From Candidatus Kapaibacterium sp. (GTDB taxonomy: Bacteria; Bacteroidota; Ignavibacteria; Kapaibacteriales; UBA2268): DNA of 64,000 nt. Each line of letters starts with the position of its first letter. Position 1 is the first letter of the stretch. The notes beneath the pieces were generated by a model. The model did not search any database. It worked only from the letters and a program-made list of their open reading frames with translations, and was not told the origin of the DNA. A program made the translations under genes and the position numbers. The stretch spans positions 3,360,001-3,424,000 of the forward strand of contig OY762428.1 of assembly GCA_963665665.1 (NCBI GenBank), written 5' to 3'. Of the stretch, positions 9,068 through 22,046 are shown one piece after another.

Positions 9068-11203
9068 ATGAAATATTTTACCATCCTATTTATTACCATC
9101 TCGATAATTGCCATGAGTTGTACACAAAAAAACGAAACTGTTGAAGAACATCTGAATTATCCCGTAACCAAAAAAGTTGATACTGTTGATGCCTATTTCG
9201 GAACTGAAGTAGCGGACCCGTATCGCTGGCTGGAAGACGACCTGTCTGATGAAACTGCCGCATGGGTAAAAGCCCAGAATGAAGTGACATTTGATTATTT
9301 GGAAAAAATCCCATTCCGCGACAAAATTGCAAAAAGGCTTGAGAAGCTGATCAATTACGAAAGAATTTATGCCCCGGTAAAACATGGGAATTATTATTAT
9401 TTCTATAAGAACAGCGGCCTTCAGAACCAGAATGTTCTATACCGCAGAAAAGTTGACAGCGACAAAGAAGAAGTATTTCTTGACCCCAATAAATTCTCGG
9501 CGGACGGAACTACTTCTCTTGCCGGTACAAAATTCACGAAAGACGGATCGATGCTGGCATATTCCATTTCCGAAAAAGGTTCCGACTGGCGAAAGATAAT
9601 CGTTATAAAAGCTGATTCAAAAGAACAGGTGGGAGATACAATAAAAGATGTCAAATTCAGCGGTATCGCCTGGAAAGGAAACGAAGGCATTTATTATAGC
9701 AGTTACGACAAACCCAAGGACGGCAGTGAGTTTTCTGCAAAAAACCAGTATCATAAATTGTTCTGGCATCAGTTGGGAACTCCCCAAAGCGAAGACAAGC
9801 TCATATTTGGCGGAGAAAAACAGCCGAGGAGATATATTGGCGGAGGAGTTAGCGAAGATGAACGCTTCCTGATAATATCTTCTGCTCAGAGCACGAGTGG
9901 TAATGACCTTTATATAAAAGACCTGACTAAACCGGGCAGCCCGATTGTTCAGGTAGTGGATAATTTTGAGAAATCTCACGGAGTGGTTACCAACGACGGA
10001 AACAGGCTTCTGATACGTACTAATCTTGATGCACCGAACTACAGGCTGATTGAAGTTGATGCTGCTAATCCAAAACCTGAAAACTGGAAAGACCTGATTG
10101 CTGAGACTGAAAATGTTTTATCAGTTTCTTCAGGTGGTGGTAAAATATTTGCCGAATATATGATCGATGTAGCATCAAAAATTTATCAGTATGATATGAA
10201 TGGTAAGCGCGAGCATGAAATTGAGCTTCCGGGGCTTGGCAGTGCCGGCGGTTTTAGTTGCCGCAGGAATGAGAACGAATTATTCTATTCGTTTACATCC
10301 TTTACTTATCCCTCTGTTATTTACAAATATGAAATTGAAACAGGTGAATCCACCGTTTATATGATGCCGAAAGTTGATTTCAAACCGGACGATTACGAAA
10401 CCAAACAGGTGTTTTACAAAAGCAAGGACGGTACTGAAGTTCCAATGTTTATTGTCCATAAAAAAGGTATTAAACTTGACGGCAATAACCCTACCTACCT
10501 TTATGGCTACGGTGGTTTCAATGCCAGTATGACACCCGGTTTCAGTTCACTCAGGATAACATGGCTTGAAAACGGCGGGGTTTATGTATTGGCAAATATT
10601 CGCGGTGGCGGCGAGTATGGTGAAAAATGGCATGTTGCCGGTACAAAAATGCAGAAACAAAATGTATTTGATGATTTCATTGCAGCAGCCGAATACCTGA
10701 TTGATAATAAATATACATCATCGGACAGGCTTGCTATTGCCGGTGGATCAAATGGCGGGCTTCTTGTGGGTGCGGTTATGACCCAAAGGCCTGAGCTTGT
10801 GAAAGTAGCTCTTCCTGCAGTAGGCGTTATGGATATGCTTCGTTACCACAAATTCACAGCCGGAGCTGGCTGGGCCTATGACTATGGAACAAGTGACGAT
10901 TCCGAAGAAATGTTCAAATATCTTCATAAATACTCTCCCTTACATGCCTTGAAAGCGGGTGCAGAATATCCTGCAACGCTTATAACAACTGCTGATCACG
11001 ATGACAGGGTGGTACCGGCACATTCATTCAAATTTGCAGCTACTCTTCAGGAATGTCATAAAGGCAATAATCCTGTTCTTATCAGGATAGAAACCAATGC
11101 CGGCCACGGCGCCGGAACGCCAATCTCGAAAACTATCGAGCAATATGCCGATATATTTGCTTTTACCTGGTATAATATGGGATTTACACCCGAAAAATTA
11201 TAA
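9068..11203 (+). CDS. Prolyl oligopeptidase (S9A), lipoprotein
   Basis: VADPYRWLED, GGSNGGLL catalytic Ser, DHDDRV, NAGHGAG; MSC lipobox. Confidence 0.95.
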   Translation: MKYFTILFITISIIAMSCTQKNETVEEHLNYPVTKKVDTVDAYFGTEVADPYRWLEDDLSDETAAWVKAQNEVTFDYLEKIPFRDKIAKRLEKLINYERIYAPVKHGNYYYFYKNSGLQNQNVLYRRKVDSDKEEVFLDPNKFSADGTTSLAGTKFTKDGSMLAYSISEKGSDWRKIIVIKADSKEQVGDTIKDVKFSGIAWKGNEGIYYSSYDKPKDGSEFSAKNQYHKLFWHQLGTPQSEDKLIFGGEKQPRRYIGGGVSEDERFLIISSAQSTSGNDLYIKDLTKPGSPIVQVVDNFEKSHGVVTNDGNRLLIRTNLDAPNYRLIEVDAANPKPENWKDLIAETENVLSVSSGGGKIFAEYMIDVASKIYQYDMNGKREHEIELPGLGSAGGFSCRRNENELFYSFTSFTYPSVIYKYEIETGESTVYMMPKVDFKPDDYETKQVFYKSKDGTEVPMFIVHKKGIKLDGNNPTYLYGYGGFNASMTPGFSSLRITWLENGGVYVLANIRGGGEYGEKWHVAGTKMQKQNVFDDFIAAAEYLIDNKYTSSDRLAIAGGSNGGLLVGAVMTQRPELVKVALPAVGVMDMLRYHKFTAGAGWAYDYGTSDDSEEMFKYLHKYSPLHALKAGAEYPATLITTADHDDRVVPAHSFKFAATLQECHKGNNPVLIRIETNAGHGAGTPISKTIEQYADIFAFTWYNMGFTPEKL

Positions 11204-11575
11204 ATTCTATTTTTGATATTAGGATTGTTTACAATAATTTTATCGATCCGGGGCCTGGCTTCGGATCGATTTTTGTGTAAGCAATTATCAGCAATAATTC
11301 GTCAAAAATCAGTGCTGCCGTTGATTTCTGTTCTTCATCTAAAGAAGTGGCCGAGGAGTTCCGATAAATCGGGGCAGGCAGGAGTGGAGTTCTTCTCTTA
11401 TGCGAAATACTGAAATTTTGCCTTCATTCTCCACTTTGTTTTTCCACCTCCGACCGCTCCGCGGCCACCTCCGCCAGCGGAGGACAGCAAACTTGCTATG
11501 CGCCGCCAATTCTCGGGCCATTCAGGCGGAACGTCGAGGCTTTGCAGCAATTGATAATTAAGATCGAATATTTCG

Positions 11576-12619
11576 TTATCCCAGATGATCATTTTTTCCT
11601 GCAAGCCGTTTAATATCACTTTCCAGCTCGTCCAAATCTCTTTCATGCTCAAGGAACTTCTTCTTTTCATTATACTTATCATATTCCGCCGAGGATTTAT
11701 TTAATGCCTTCCGGTGGCTGATCTTCCCGGCATGTTCAAGAAGCTCCCTGCCGTTGAGCTGCAAAATAATATCCAGCCTTTCAATCCAATCCTTCATATA
11801 CATCGGCGTATGCTGCTGCGCCATTGTTTCAGCAAATGCAAGGTATTGTTCCACTAATAACCCAAGAAGCTTCATCTCATCTTCATTCAGGTAGTTTTTG
11901 GCTATACTGACATCATTTTTCCTGATCTTGTCAGCCGGTTTCCTGTCGAAGGAAATCATTCCCATTAGTGGCAAATCTGCGTTAGCCCTGTTATACACCA
12001 ATTCCGCTGCCGTATTCCTGCTAATTGCCCAAAGCAGCTTGTTTTGAACTATCTTAAAAAACTCAATAGTCTTCTTATCTTTCGGATCATAATCAATACT
12101 TGTTGTATAAATATCTTTGATCTTCTGATAGAAAAACCGTTCTGACAGGCGTATCTCCCGTATCCTGCTTTGAAGCTCGCTGAAGTAATTCATAGCGCTG
12201 CCCGACTTGAAGCGCCCGTCATTCAGAACAAATCCTTTAACTATATATTCTTTTAACCGCTTAGTTGCCCAGATACGAAATCTGGTGCCATTTATTGATT
12301 TTACCCGGTAACCCACGGAAATGATTACATCAAGATTATAATATCTCACATCCCGGGATTGGGTTTTTCCTTTAATAGCTCCATGCCGGGTGGTTGTTCG
12401 GAAATTCCGGACAACCACTTCTTCATCAAGCTCGCCTTCCTCGAATATATGCTTAATATGTTCGCTGATTGTAGCTTTCGATTTATCGAAAAGATCGCAC
12501 AGTTGGGCTTGCGTCAGCCATACGGTTTCATCTTCAAGGCGGACATCAATTTTTATATCACTATTGGCCGACTTATAAATAAGAATTTCACTATTTTCCG
12601 GATTTATTTCTGTATCCAT
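11576..12619 (-). CDS. Virulence RhuM family protein
   Basis: ETVWLTQAQLCDLF, YYNLDVIISVGYRVKS..GTRFRIWAT, IREIRLSERFFYQK. Confidence 0.9.
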   Translation of the reverse strand: MDTEINPENSEILIYKSANSDIKIDVRLEDETVWLTQAQLCDLFDKSKATISEHIKHIFEEGELDEEVVVRNFRTTTRHGAIKGKTQSRDVRYYNLDVIISVGYRVKSINGTRFRIWATKRLKEYIVKGFVLNDGRFKSGSAMNYFSELQSRIREIRLSERFFYQKIKDIYTTSIDYDPKDKKTIEFFKIVQNKLLWAISRNTAAELVYNRANADLPLMGMISFDRKPADKIRKNDVSIAKNYLNEDEMKLLGLLVEQYLAFAETMAQQHTPMYMKDWIERLDIILQLNGRELLEHAGKISHRKALNKSSAEYDKYNEKKKFLEHERDLDELESDIKRLAGKNDHLG

Positions 12620-12802
12620 ATCCCGCCATTGCCTGTAATTTTATAATTCATTAAATTATCAGAAGTTATACCTGTTATATTTTAAAATAACATCCCTGCT
12701 TCCAGTAATAGAATCTAATCAAAATTTTTATTAAATCCCAATATTTCGTCGCTGCTATAGTGATATTGGAACAGCCGCCGAATGGCCTCTGATTGTTAAT
12801 TA

Positions 12803-13045
12803 TCAATTCTCTATTGGATACCTATCCGAAACAGTGGCGCGCACGTTGCCCAAATGATCTGTTAAATGGTACTGTTTCTCACCAACAATTCTATAAAAAG
12901 CGCTGCCTCGTGGTATTTCACTCGGCGAGTACACAAGTTCTTCCTTCGGCTGGCGAATAGCGAACCTGCCCTGCGCCGCCGAGCCGTATATATCCCACTC
13001 GGAAAGGATGCGCTGGTTTTCAAAGAACGGATATTTGATATATAA
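12803..13045 (-). pseudogene. Rhs/YD-repeat gene fragment
   Basis: SEWDIYGS...QYHLTDHLGNVRATVSDR, the segment that precedes the Rhs core; no full gene. Confidence 0.8.
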
Positions 13046-13074
13046 TTGGTTCAAGATATTAAATACATCACTTG

Positions 13075-13371
13075 CTAATGCCTTGTCACCCAGTACTTTG
13101 GTTCTTTTTTCAAATTCATAACAGCCAAAATAGTGATCATATTTTTTTCATGGGAATATATTAAGCCATAAGGGAAGTTATTCAAAAGATATCTTCGGGT
13201 GCGTTGTGATATCTTTTGCCATGCCTGGGGATAAGATAAAATATTATCAATACCCTTCGTTACTTCCGTCAAAAATTTTGCTCCAAGCCCTTCACTACAT
13301 ATATTATAGTAATCAATAGCGTCGGCCAATTCTTTTGCAGCATCAATATGAAAGCGATAATTCAGGGTCAA
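13075..13371 (-). CDS. Type II toxin, RelE/ParE family
   Basis: FHIDAAKELADAIDYY...GLGAKF...RRYLLNNFPYGLIY...ILAVM; start overlaps the antitoxin stop. Confidence 0.88.
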   Translation of the reverse strand: MTLNYRFHIDAAKELADAIDYYNICSEGLGAKFLTEVTKGIDNILSYPQAWQKISQRTRRYLLNNFPYGLIYSHEKNMITILAVMNLKKEPKYWVTRH

Positions 13372-13601
13372 ATCCTGTCCGCCATACTTTTTAGAACATC
13401 ATCTCCGGGAATCGTTCCGGCTCTGCCTTTGTTTAAATCATCGAGCCTGTTTTCAGCAAGTTCAGCCCATTTTTTTTCAATTCCGGGATCAATATTATTC
13501 AGGCTTTGCAACAATTCTTCAATTATTTTAATCCTCAATTCTGCAGGCAGCTTATTTGCCGAATCAATGATTTCTCGTGCATTTATCATAGTTATCTCCA
13601 T
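13368..13601 (-). CDS. Addiction module antitoxin (TIGR02574-like)
   Basis: LPAELRIKIIEELLQSL...IEKKWAELAENRLDDL..G...IPGDDV; directly upstream of ParE; start may be 13589. Confidence 0.85.
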   Translation of the reverse strand: MEITMINAREIIDSANKLPAELRIKIIEELLQSLNNIDPGIEKKWAELAENRLDDLNKGRAGTIPGDDVLKSMADRI

Positions 13602-13728
13602 TATTCAATTTACATTATTAGACGAAATATACAAAAATTATTTATGATATTTTACCAGGCGATGACAATCAAATTGCAAATATTCATTGCCCGATTGAAT
13701 TATAATATTTTCGCTTCGCTCAACAAAT

Positions 13729-13925
13729 GGATAGAAGCTGGCTGCGGCTTAGCCGCAATTGATAATTGAAAATGAACAATTGAAAATGAAGAGGAATGAA
13801 CAGCCAACCCAATTGTTAATTCTCAATTTTCAATTTTTAATTGGATACGGCTGGCGAATAGCAAACCTGCCATGCGCCGCAGAGCCATATATATCCCACT
13901 CGGAAAGGATGGGTGTTTTCAAAGA
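13729..13925 (-). repeat. Rhs-derived inter-cassette repeat with AT-rich heptamer hairpin
   Basis: 13848-13925 matches 12947-13029 and 15271-15355; 13729-13795 matches 16735-16800. Confidence 0.8.
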
Positions 13926-13950
13926 TCGGGAAGATAATATATATAATTAA

Positions 13951-14893
13951 TTATATATTATCTCGTATGTTATTATTCAGTTTTTGAAGCAAACCAGAAT
14001 TTTCAATTACTGAAAAAGCAAAGCATTTCCTGCCCAGATCCTTCAGCGATGCGCCTATATGATATAGTTTGTGACCGTCAATTATCAGGAATCTGTCATG
14101 AAATTCCCTGCTCAGCCGTATTGAAAGCTTAGGATACTGGCTGTTAAATTTATCAATATCAGTTTTATTTATTTTATTCTTGTTAGTAATTATTATTACC
14201 CGAACAGATTTTGCTTTTTTCGAGAGCATATCAAGCAAACTATCGTTAATATAATTGTCGATAATCACTATTTGCTCTTTTGCAGTTTTAATCAGGCCGA
14301 TCACAAAGCTATAAGCATCGTATATTTGCCCTTTAAAAAATATCCCCTGTTTTTGCTCTAACGATCTGCTGCCGATAGTATTTAGAACTGCCTCAACCTT
14401 TCTATCTGCTTCCGCCTGCCTGATCTCTACTGTTTCTATCCTTTGGAGCAAACCTGCATTTGCCAAAAGATATTTCCGCATCTCAACAAAAGCATCCATA
14501 ATTCTAATACTTGTGTTAATGGCAGTTTCGCTCCTCAGTACTGCCGCCAGCATTGATACCCCCTGCTCGGTAAAGGTATAAGGGAAATACTTCTTATGTT
14601 TTCCGCGTCCTTTGTTTAAGGTCACATTTTGTGACCTTAAAGATATATTATCAGGATTAGAAGATTGCAACTTCAAATTATTATTACTTTTAGCTATATC
14701 TTGCAGTTTCAAACCCTCATATTCTTCAGCAGTAAGTCGAAACATGAATCGTTCAGGAAACCTTTTAATATTTCTTTTTTACAGCCTGATTAAGGGCTTT
14801 AGTTTCCACGCCATAAAGTTCTGCCAGGTCGCTGTCTGTCATAACCTGCATTCCCCTGACGGTAAATATTTTATCTGTAATATCAATATTCAT
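13951..14893 (-). pseudogene. ORF6N domain DNA-binding protein, frameshifted
   Basis: ATG 14893 gives MNIDITDKIFTVRGMQVMTDSDLAELYGVETKALNQAVK; one extra A at about 14775-14780 breaks ...KRNIKRFPERFMF; PYTFTEQGVSML and FHDRFLIID motifs downstream. Confidence 0.8.
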
Positions 14894-15064
14894 CAATAAT
14901 AATCCCTGCAATAGGTGTGTTGTTATCCGGAACAGTATTTACATAGTGTAGATTATCCATAAGGGTAAAAAACAATTTATTTGCCAAACTTAATTTACAA
15001 ATTTTCTACAAAATATTGAAAAATATGATAATAAAATTATTGATTCACGAAAACGTAAGTCCAT

Positions 15065-15355
15065 AACACCAAAGCCCCAGCGGTTGCTGCCGCCAAAGAA
15101 GAAGCGGCCTTCCTCCATGAAACCATTGTCTGAACTATGATTTTTGGGATGGGCAGGATAATTTGGATAATAAATTGGAACATCCTTTAATCCTTCTTTA
15201 TCCTATACATCCCAGTGCAGAAAACGGAAACAGCCGACCCAATTGTTAATTCTCAATTTTTAATTGGATACGGCTGGCGAATAGCAAACTTACCATGCGC
15301 CGCCGAGCCGTATATATCCCATTCGGAGAGGATGGGTGTGAGTTTTCAAAGAACG
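15065..15355 (-). repeat. Rhs-derived inter-cassette repeat
   Basis: 15271-15355 encodes SEWDIYGSAAHGKFAIRQP; 15065-15125 encodes MEEGRFFFGGSNRWGF, matching 16670-16725. Confidence 0.8.
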
Positions 15356-15378
15356 TATATTTGTAAATATTTATTAAA

Positions 15379-16035
15379 TTATTGAGTATAATTATCTTCA
15401 ACAACTTTCATTTTCTCTTGATATAATTTTTCAAAAATATCTATCGTATTTAATGTATCCCATTTACCGTCGATATATCTTATTAAATCAATTAAATAAG
15501 AACCCTGCAAAAAACCATATTTAGCGTTATCCCAATAAACAACTCCAATTGAATCAATATAAAAATATCTTGGTATATAGGAAAAAGATCGTTTATCAAT
15601 TTCATCACCATATTCATATTTGTACCACGATGAACAAATAATATCTTTCATTATGATTTGTCTTTTATTTAATGATAAAGTATCAGATTCAACACTTATC
15701 TCAAAATACATATTATCAATTTTATTCAGTGGTAAAACTAAAAAAGTATCTTTCTTGAAAATTGTATTTTTGTTAAAATAGATTGCAGAATCATGTCTAT
15801 TTACTTTTTGAAAAATTAAGGAATTTGAGAAAGCCCCTTTGATATTATAAGAATGAGAACTATTAAAAATTAATACCGTATCTTCATAAGATATTAATTT
15901 ATTCCTTTTAATTTCTTTATCAAAAAGATTTCCATTAATTAGCCATTTTCGATATAAAACAATATCTGGGTTCTCTGTATCTTTACAAGAAAGTATAAAT
16001 AAGAGAAAAAAAACAAAAACAAATATTTTATTCAT
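15379..16035 (-). CDS. Lipoprotein, putative immunity protein for the upstream Rhs C-terminus
   Basis: MNKIFVFVFFLLFILSC lipobox; ATG overlaps the upstream TAA (TAATG); very AT-rich. Confidence 0.6.
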   Translation of the reverse strand: MNKIFVFVFFLLFILSCKDTENPDIVLYRKWLINGNLFDKEIKRNKLISYEDTVLIFNSSHSYNIKGAFSNSLIFQKVNRHDSAIYFNKNTIFKKDTFLVLPLNKIDNMYFEISVESDTLSLNKRQIIMKDIICSSWYKYEYGDEIDKRSFSYIPRYFYIDSIGVVYWDNAKYGFLQGSYLIDLIRYIDGKWDTLNTIDIFEKLYQEKMKVVEDNYTQ

Positions 16036-16745
16036 TACTTTTTCCATTTATAATTTTTAAACCCATTATTTAACCATTCTTCAAATTCTTCTAACACATC
16101 CATTTTTGATGGACTATATTTACGATATTTTGTCATAAACGGCTTTATATCAGAAATATTCAGCCCTAATTGATTATTCAAAGCTTCCAGCATTTTTTTA
16201 GCTGACTTATCATAGGTTGTTCCTTTAATCCAAGGTGTACTGTGCAAGGCAGACCATTTGAAAGGTTTTAGATAGTCATAAGTAAATGAATATGGTAAAT
16301 CTGAATTTAGAGCTTCCCATCCCTTTTTGCGCCACGTCAACCAAAAATACGTATACTGATCACCATGTATAAATATCTCATGCATCCAAGTTTCAAACAT
16401 TTGAAAAACACAAAGATCACCTTCTCCTGCCCAATATATTTTATTACCGGTTTATTGTCAAGATAATATACAGCATAATGTTTGGTTATTTCGCCAGCTT
16501 GATCAATAAATGTTATTGGAGAATTTGATGCAAAAGCAAACGGACTTTGCCAAGGGAATAGTTCTTTCTCTGGATCTAAGCTCAAAAATCTCGCTGCCCT
16601 CACATCCAGCATCCTCGCCCTGAAATCAAGACTGTTCCCCGCCCCTTTTATCTTATCATCTTTCTCCATGCCGTTAAAGCCCCACCTGTTGCTGCTACCA
16701 AAGAAAAAGCGGCCTTCCTCCATGAAGCCGAAAGGATAGAAGCTG
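16035..16745 (-). pseudogene. Orphan Rhs core plus C-terminal toxin domain, split over two frames
   Basis: FYPFG...RWGFNGMEKD...LDFRARMLDVRAARFLSLDP...SPFAFASNSPITFIDQAG core; frame change near 16430 into an HEIFIH-containing domain. Confidence 0.75.
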
Positions 16746-17077
16746 GCTGCGGCTTAGCCGCAATTAACAATTGATAATGGATAATTAATAAATGAAGAGG
16801 AGAGGAGAGAAAATTTTCAAAGAACGTTTGTGCTACTGCTAAATATACAAATAATAGGGGAATAAAACTGCAAAATTTACTATTTATAAACAGGCTCTGA
16901 ATACCGGTTGGGATTGTCCCGGATGTACGGATAAAGTTATTGTTTCAAAAAATTTATAATATTATAATTACTTAGCTAATAACGAGACATTTTCCCGAAA
17001 TCTGCCGGGTTTGGCATATCTTTTATTTCATCAATCATCTGAGCTTGATTTCCAGTTTCCGGTACAGAAGCTTATAA

Positions 17078-18388
17078 CTAATCGATTTCCTCCCTGGGCA
17101 TTGGAAGAATGAATATTATCAGCATACCGGGAATTGTAGCAATGGCACTGAGTATAAATAATGTGGTGTAGCCCCATTCCATTTGAAGCAGGCCGCTCAG
17201 GAATCCTGGAATCATCATGCCCACGGCCATAAACCCTGTTGAAATTGCATAGTGGGTGGTTTTGAACTCGCCCTTTGAAACATACAACAGGTAAACCATG
17301 AAAGCCGTGAAACCAAGGCCGTAGCCAAACTGCTCGATAATGATACAAAGCTGAACCACGGGGTAGAAACTGATCATTGCCGCTTCGCCTGAAAACAGGA
17401 AGCTGAATATTCCAGGATTAAACTGCCACACAGTATCCGGCCTGACTGCCGACATGTAAACATAAAGTAAATTTGGCAGGTTCATGAACAGGGCCATTGG
17501 CCAGATCAATTTTCTAAGTGAGTATTTTTTTATCAATATTCCACCGAGAATACCACCGATTACAAGAGCTATAGTACCAAATGTACCGTACATTATACCA
17601 ACCTGACTAACGCTTATTCCCATTCCTCCGGCATCAGGGCTGTCCATAATAAAAGGTTGCGCCATTTTTACGAGAAGCCCCTCGCCAAGACGATACAAGA
17701 GAATAAATGCCAGAATTGCCACAATTCTTTCCTGTTTGAAGTATTGTCCGAATGCTTTGAAAAACGGAATTGTTCCCTTACTGCTTTTCACAGGGGCATC
17801 GGTTTCAGGTTTGGGCAGTATAAATCTGTGGTATAGCCCGAAAATAACGAAAAGCGCAGCAGCCAGGCCAAAGGCAAAGACCCAGCCGGTTTTGTCCTGT
17901 TCATTTGTACTGATACTTCCGGCAATAACAACAAGTATTCCACTGCCGAAGATCATAGAAAACCGATAGAAAGTTGATCTGATACCCGTAAAAAATGCCT
18001 GTTGTTTTTTGTCTAAGGCATGAAGGTAGTAACCGTCGGTTGCAATATCATGCGTTGCAGACAGAAATGCCCCGGCAGCAAATAGTGCAAGAACAGGATA
18101 GATATACCACGAAAGATTAAGGGCGAGGGCTGCAAGGCCGAAAATAAGGGCCATTGCCAGCTGCATGTTGATATGCCAATTCCTTTTGGTGGAATATGAA
18201 TCCAGCCAGGGAGCCCATAAAGGCTTAAAAGACCAGGGCAGGTACAGAAGGCTTGTATAGCCTATAATATCGTTTGAAGCGCCAAGGGCTTTCAGCATAA
18301 CAACCGACAGATTGTTAATCAGTATATAAGGCAGTCCCTCTGCAAAATATTGGGTGGGGATGTATAACCAGGGATTTCTTTTCTTCAT
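17078..18388 (-). CDS. AmpG-like MFS permease
   Basis: PTQYFAEGLPY, LPWSFKPLWAP, SATHDIATDGYY, LLYRLGEG; about 12 TM segments; start moved to MKKRNPW. Confidence 0.85.
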   Translation of the reverse strand: MKKRNPWLYIPTQYFAEGLPYILINNLSVVMLKALGASNDIIGYTSLLYLPWSFKPLWAPWLDSYSTKRNWHINMQLAMALIFGLAALALNLSWYIYPVLALFAAGAFLSATHDIATDGYYLHALDKKQQAFFTGIRSTFYRFSMIFGSGILVVIAGSISTNEQDKTGWVFAFGLAAALFVIFGLYHRFILPKPETDAPVKSSKGTIPFFKAFGQYFKQERIVAILAFILLYRLGEGLLVKMAQPFIMDSPDAGGMGISVSQVGIMYGTFGTIALVIGGILGGILIKKYSLRKLIWPMALFMNLPNLLYVYMSAVRPDTVWQFNPGIFSFLFSGEAAMISFYPVVQLCIIIEQFGYGLGFTAFMVYLLYVSKGEFKTTHYAISTGFMAVGMMIPGFLSGLLQMEWGYTTLFILSAIATIPGMLIIFILPMPREEID

Positions 18389-18698
18389 TTGAAAACCAAA
18401 TTTATGTAAAAAACAAATATATGAATATTTTTTCCATCGCTTATTACTGTTCAACTAAGAAGTGATAAATAAGATTTTGTAATTGAATAATTTCGCTTTG
18501 CTGAAAAAAAATTTTGCAGGCATAAGAAATAAGAATAATTTTGAGACTATGGAAAAGTGTTCGTTTTCGAGCATTTCATATTTTATATATATTATTTCAG
18601 GAAAAACAAGTATAAGTTCCCACAAATAATAAAGTAAATTGAATTCCAATACGTCAGAGAAAATTGTAGTAATTAAAATATATTAAAGAAGAAGCAAG

Positions 18699-21854
<3,156 letters not shown>

Positions 21855-21895
21855 ATTTTTTAAAATTCTGATTTTTATAAATCTTCTCACACAAT

Positions 21896-21928
21896 ATTCC
21901 CCTTCCTGCAAGAAGGGGAATCTTTTTT
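21896..21928 (+). terminator. secA terminator
   Basis: ttccccttc-ctgcaa-gaaggggaa followed by a T tract. Confidence 0.75.
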
Positions 21929-22046
21929 CTTATACAACCCAAATATTATTATTGATAAACTCATAAAAAATATATATATTTCCGTGGAAATAAGCATTGA
22001 GAAACAACGTTTCAATATATAGTTAATAATTTTATCAGGATGAATC

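Noticed and set aside
11480-16830. Classical integron
   Set aside because: No tyrosine integrase and no canonical attC R-box pairs recognised; the repeats are Rhs coding fragments
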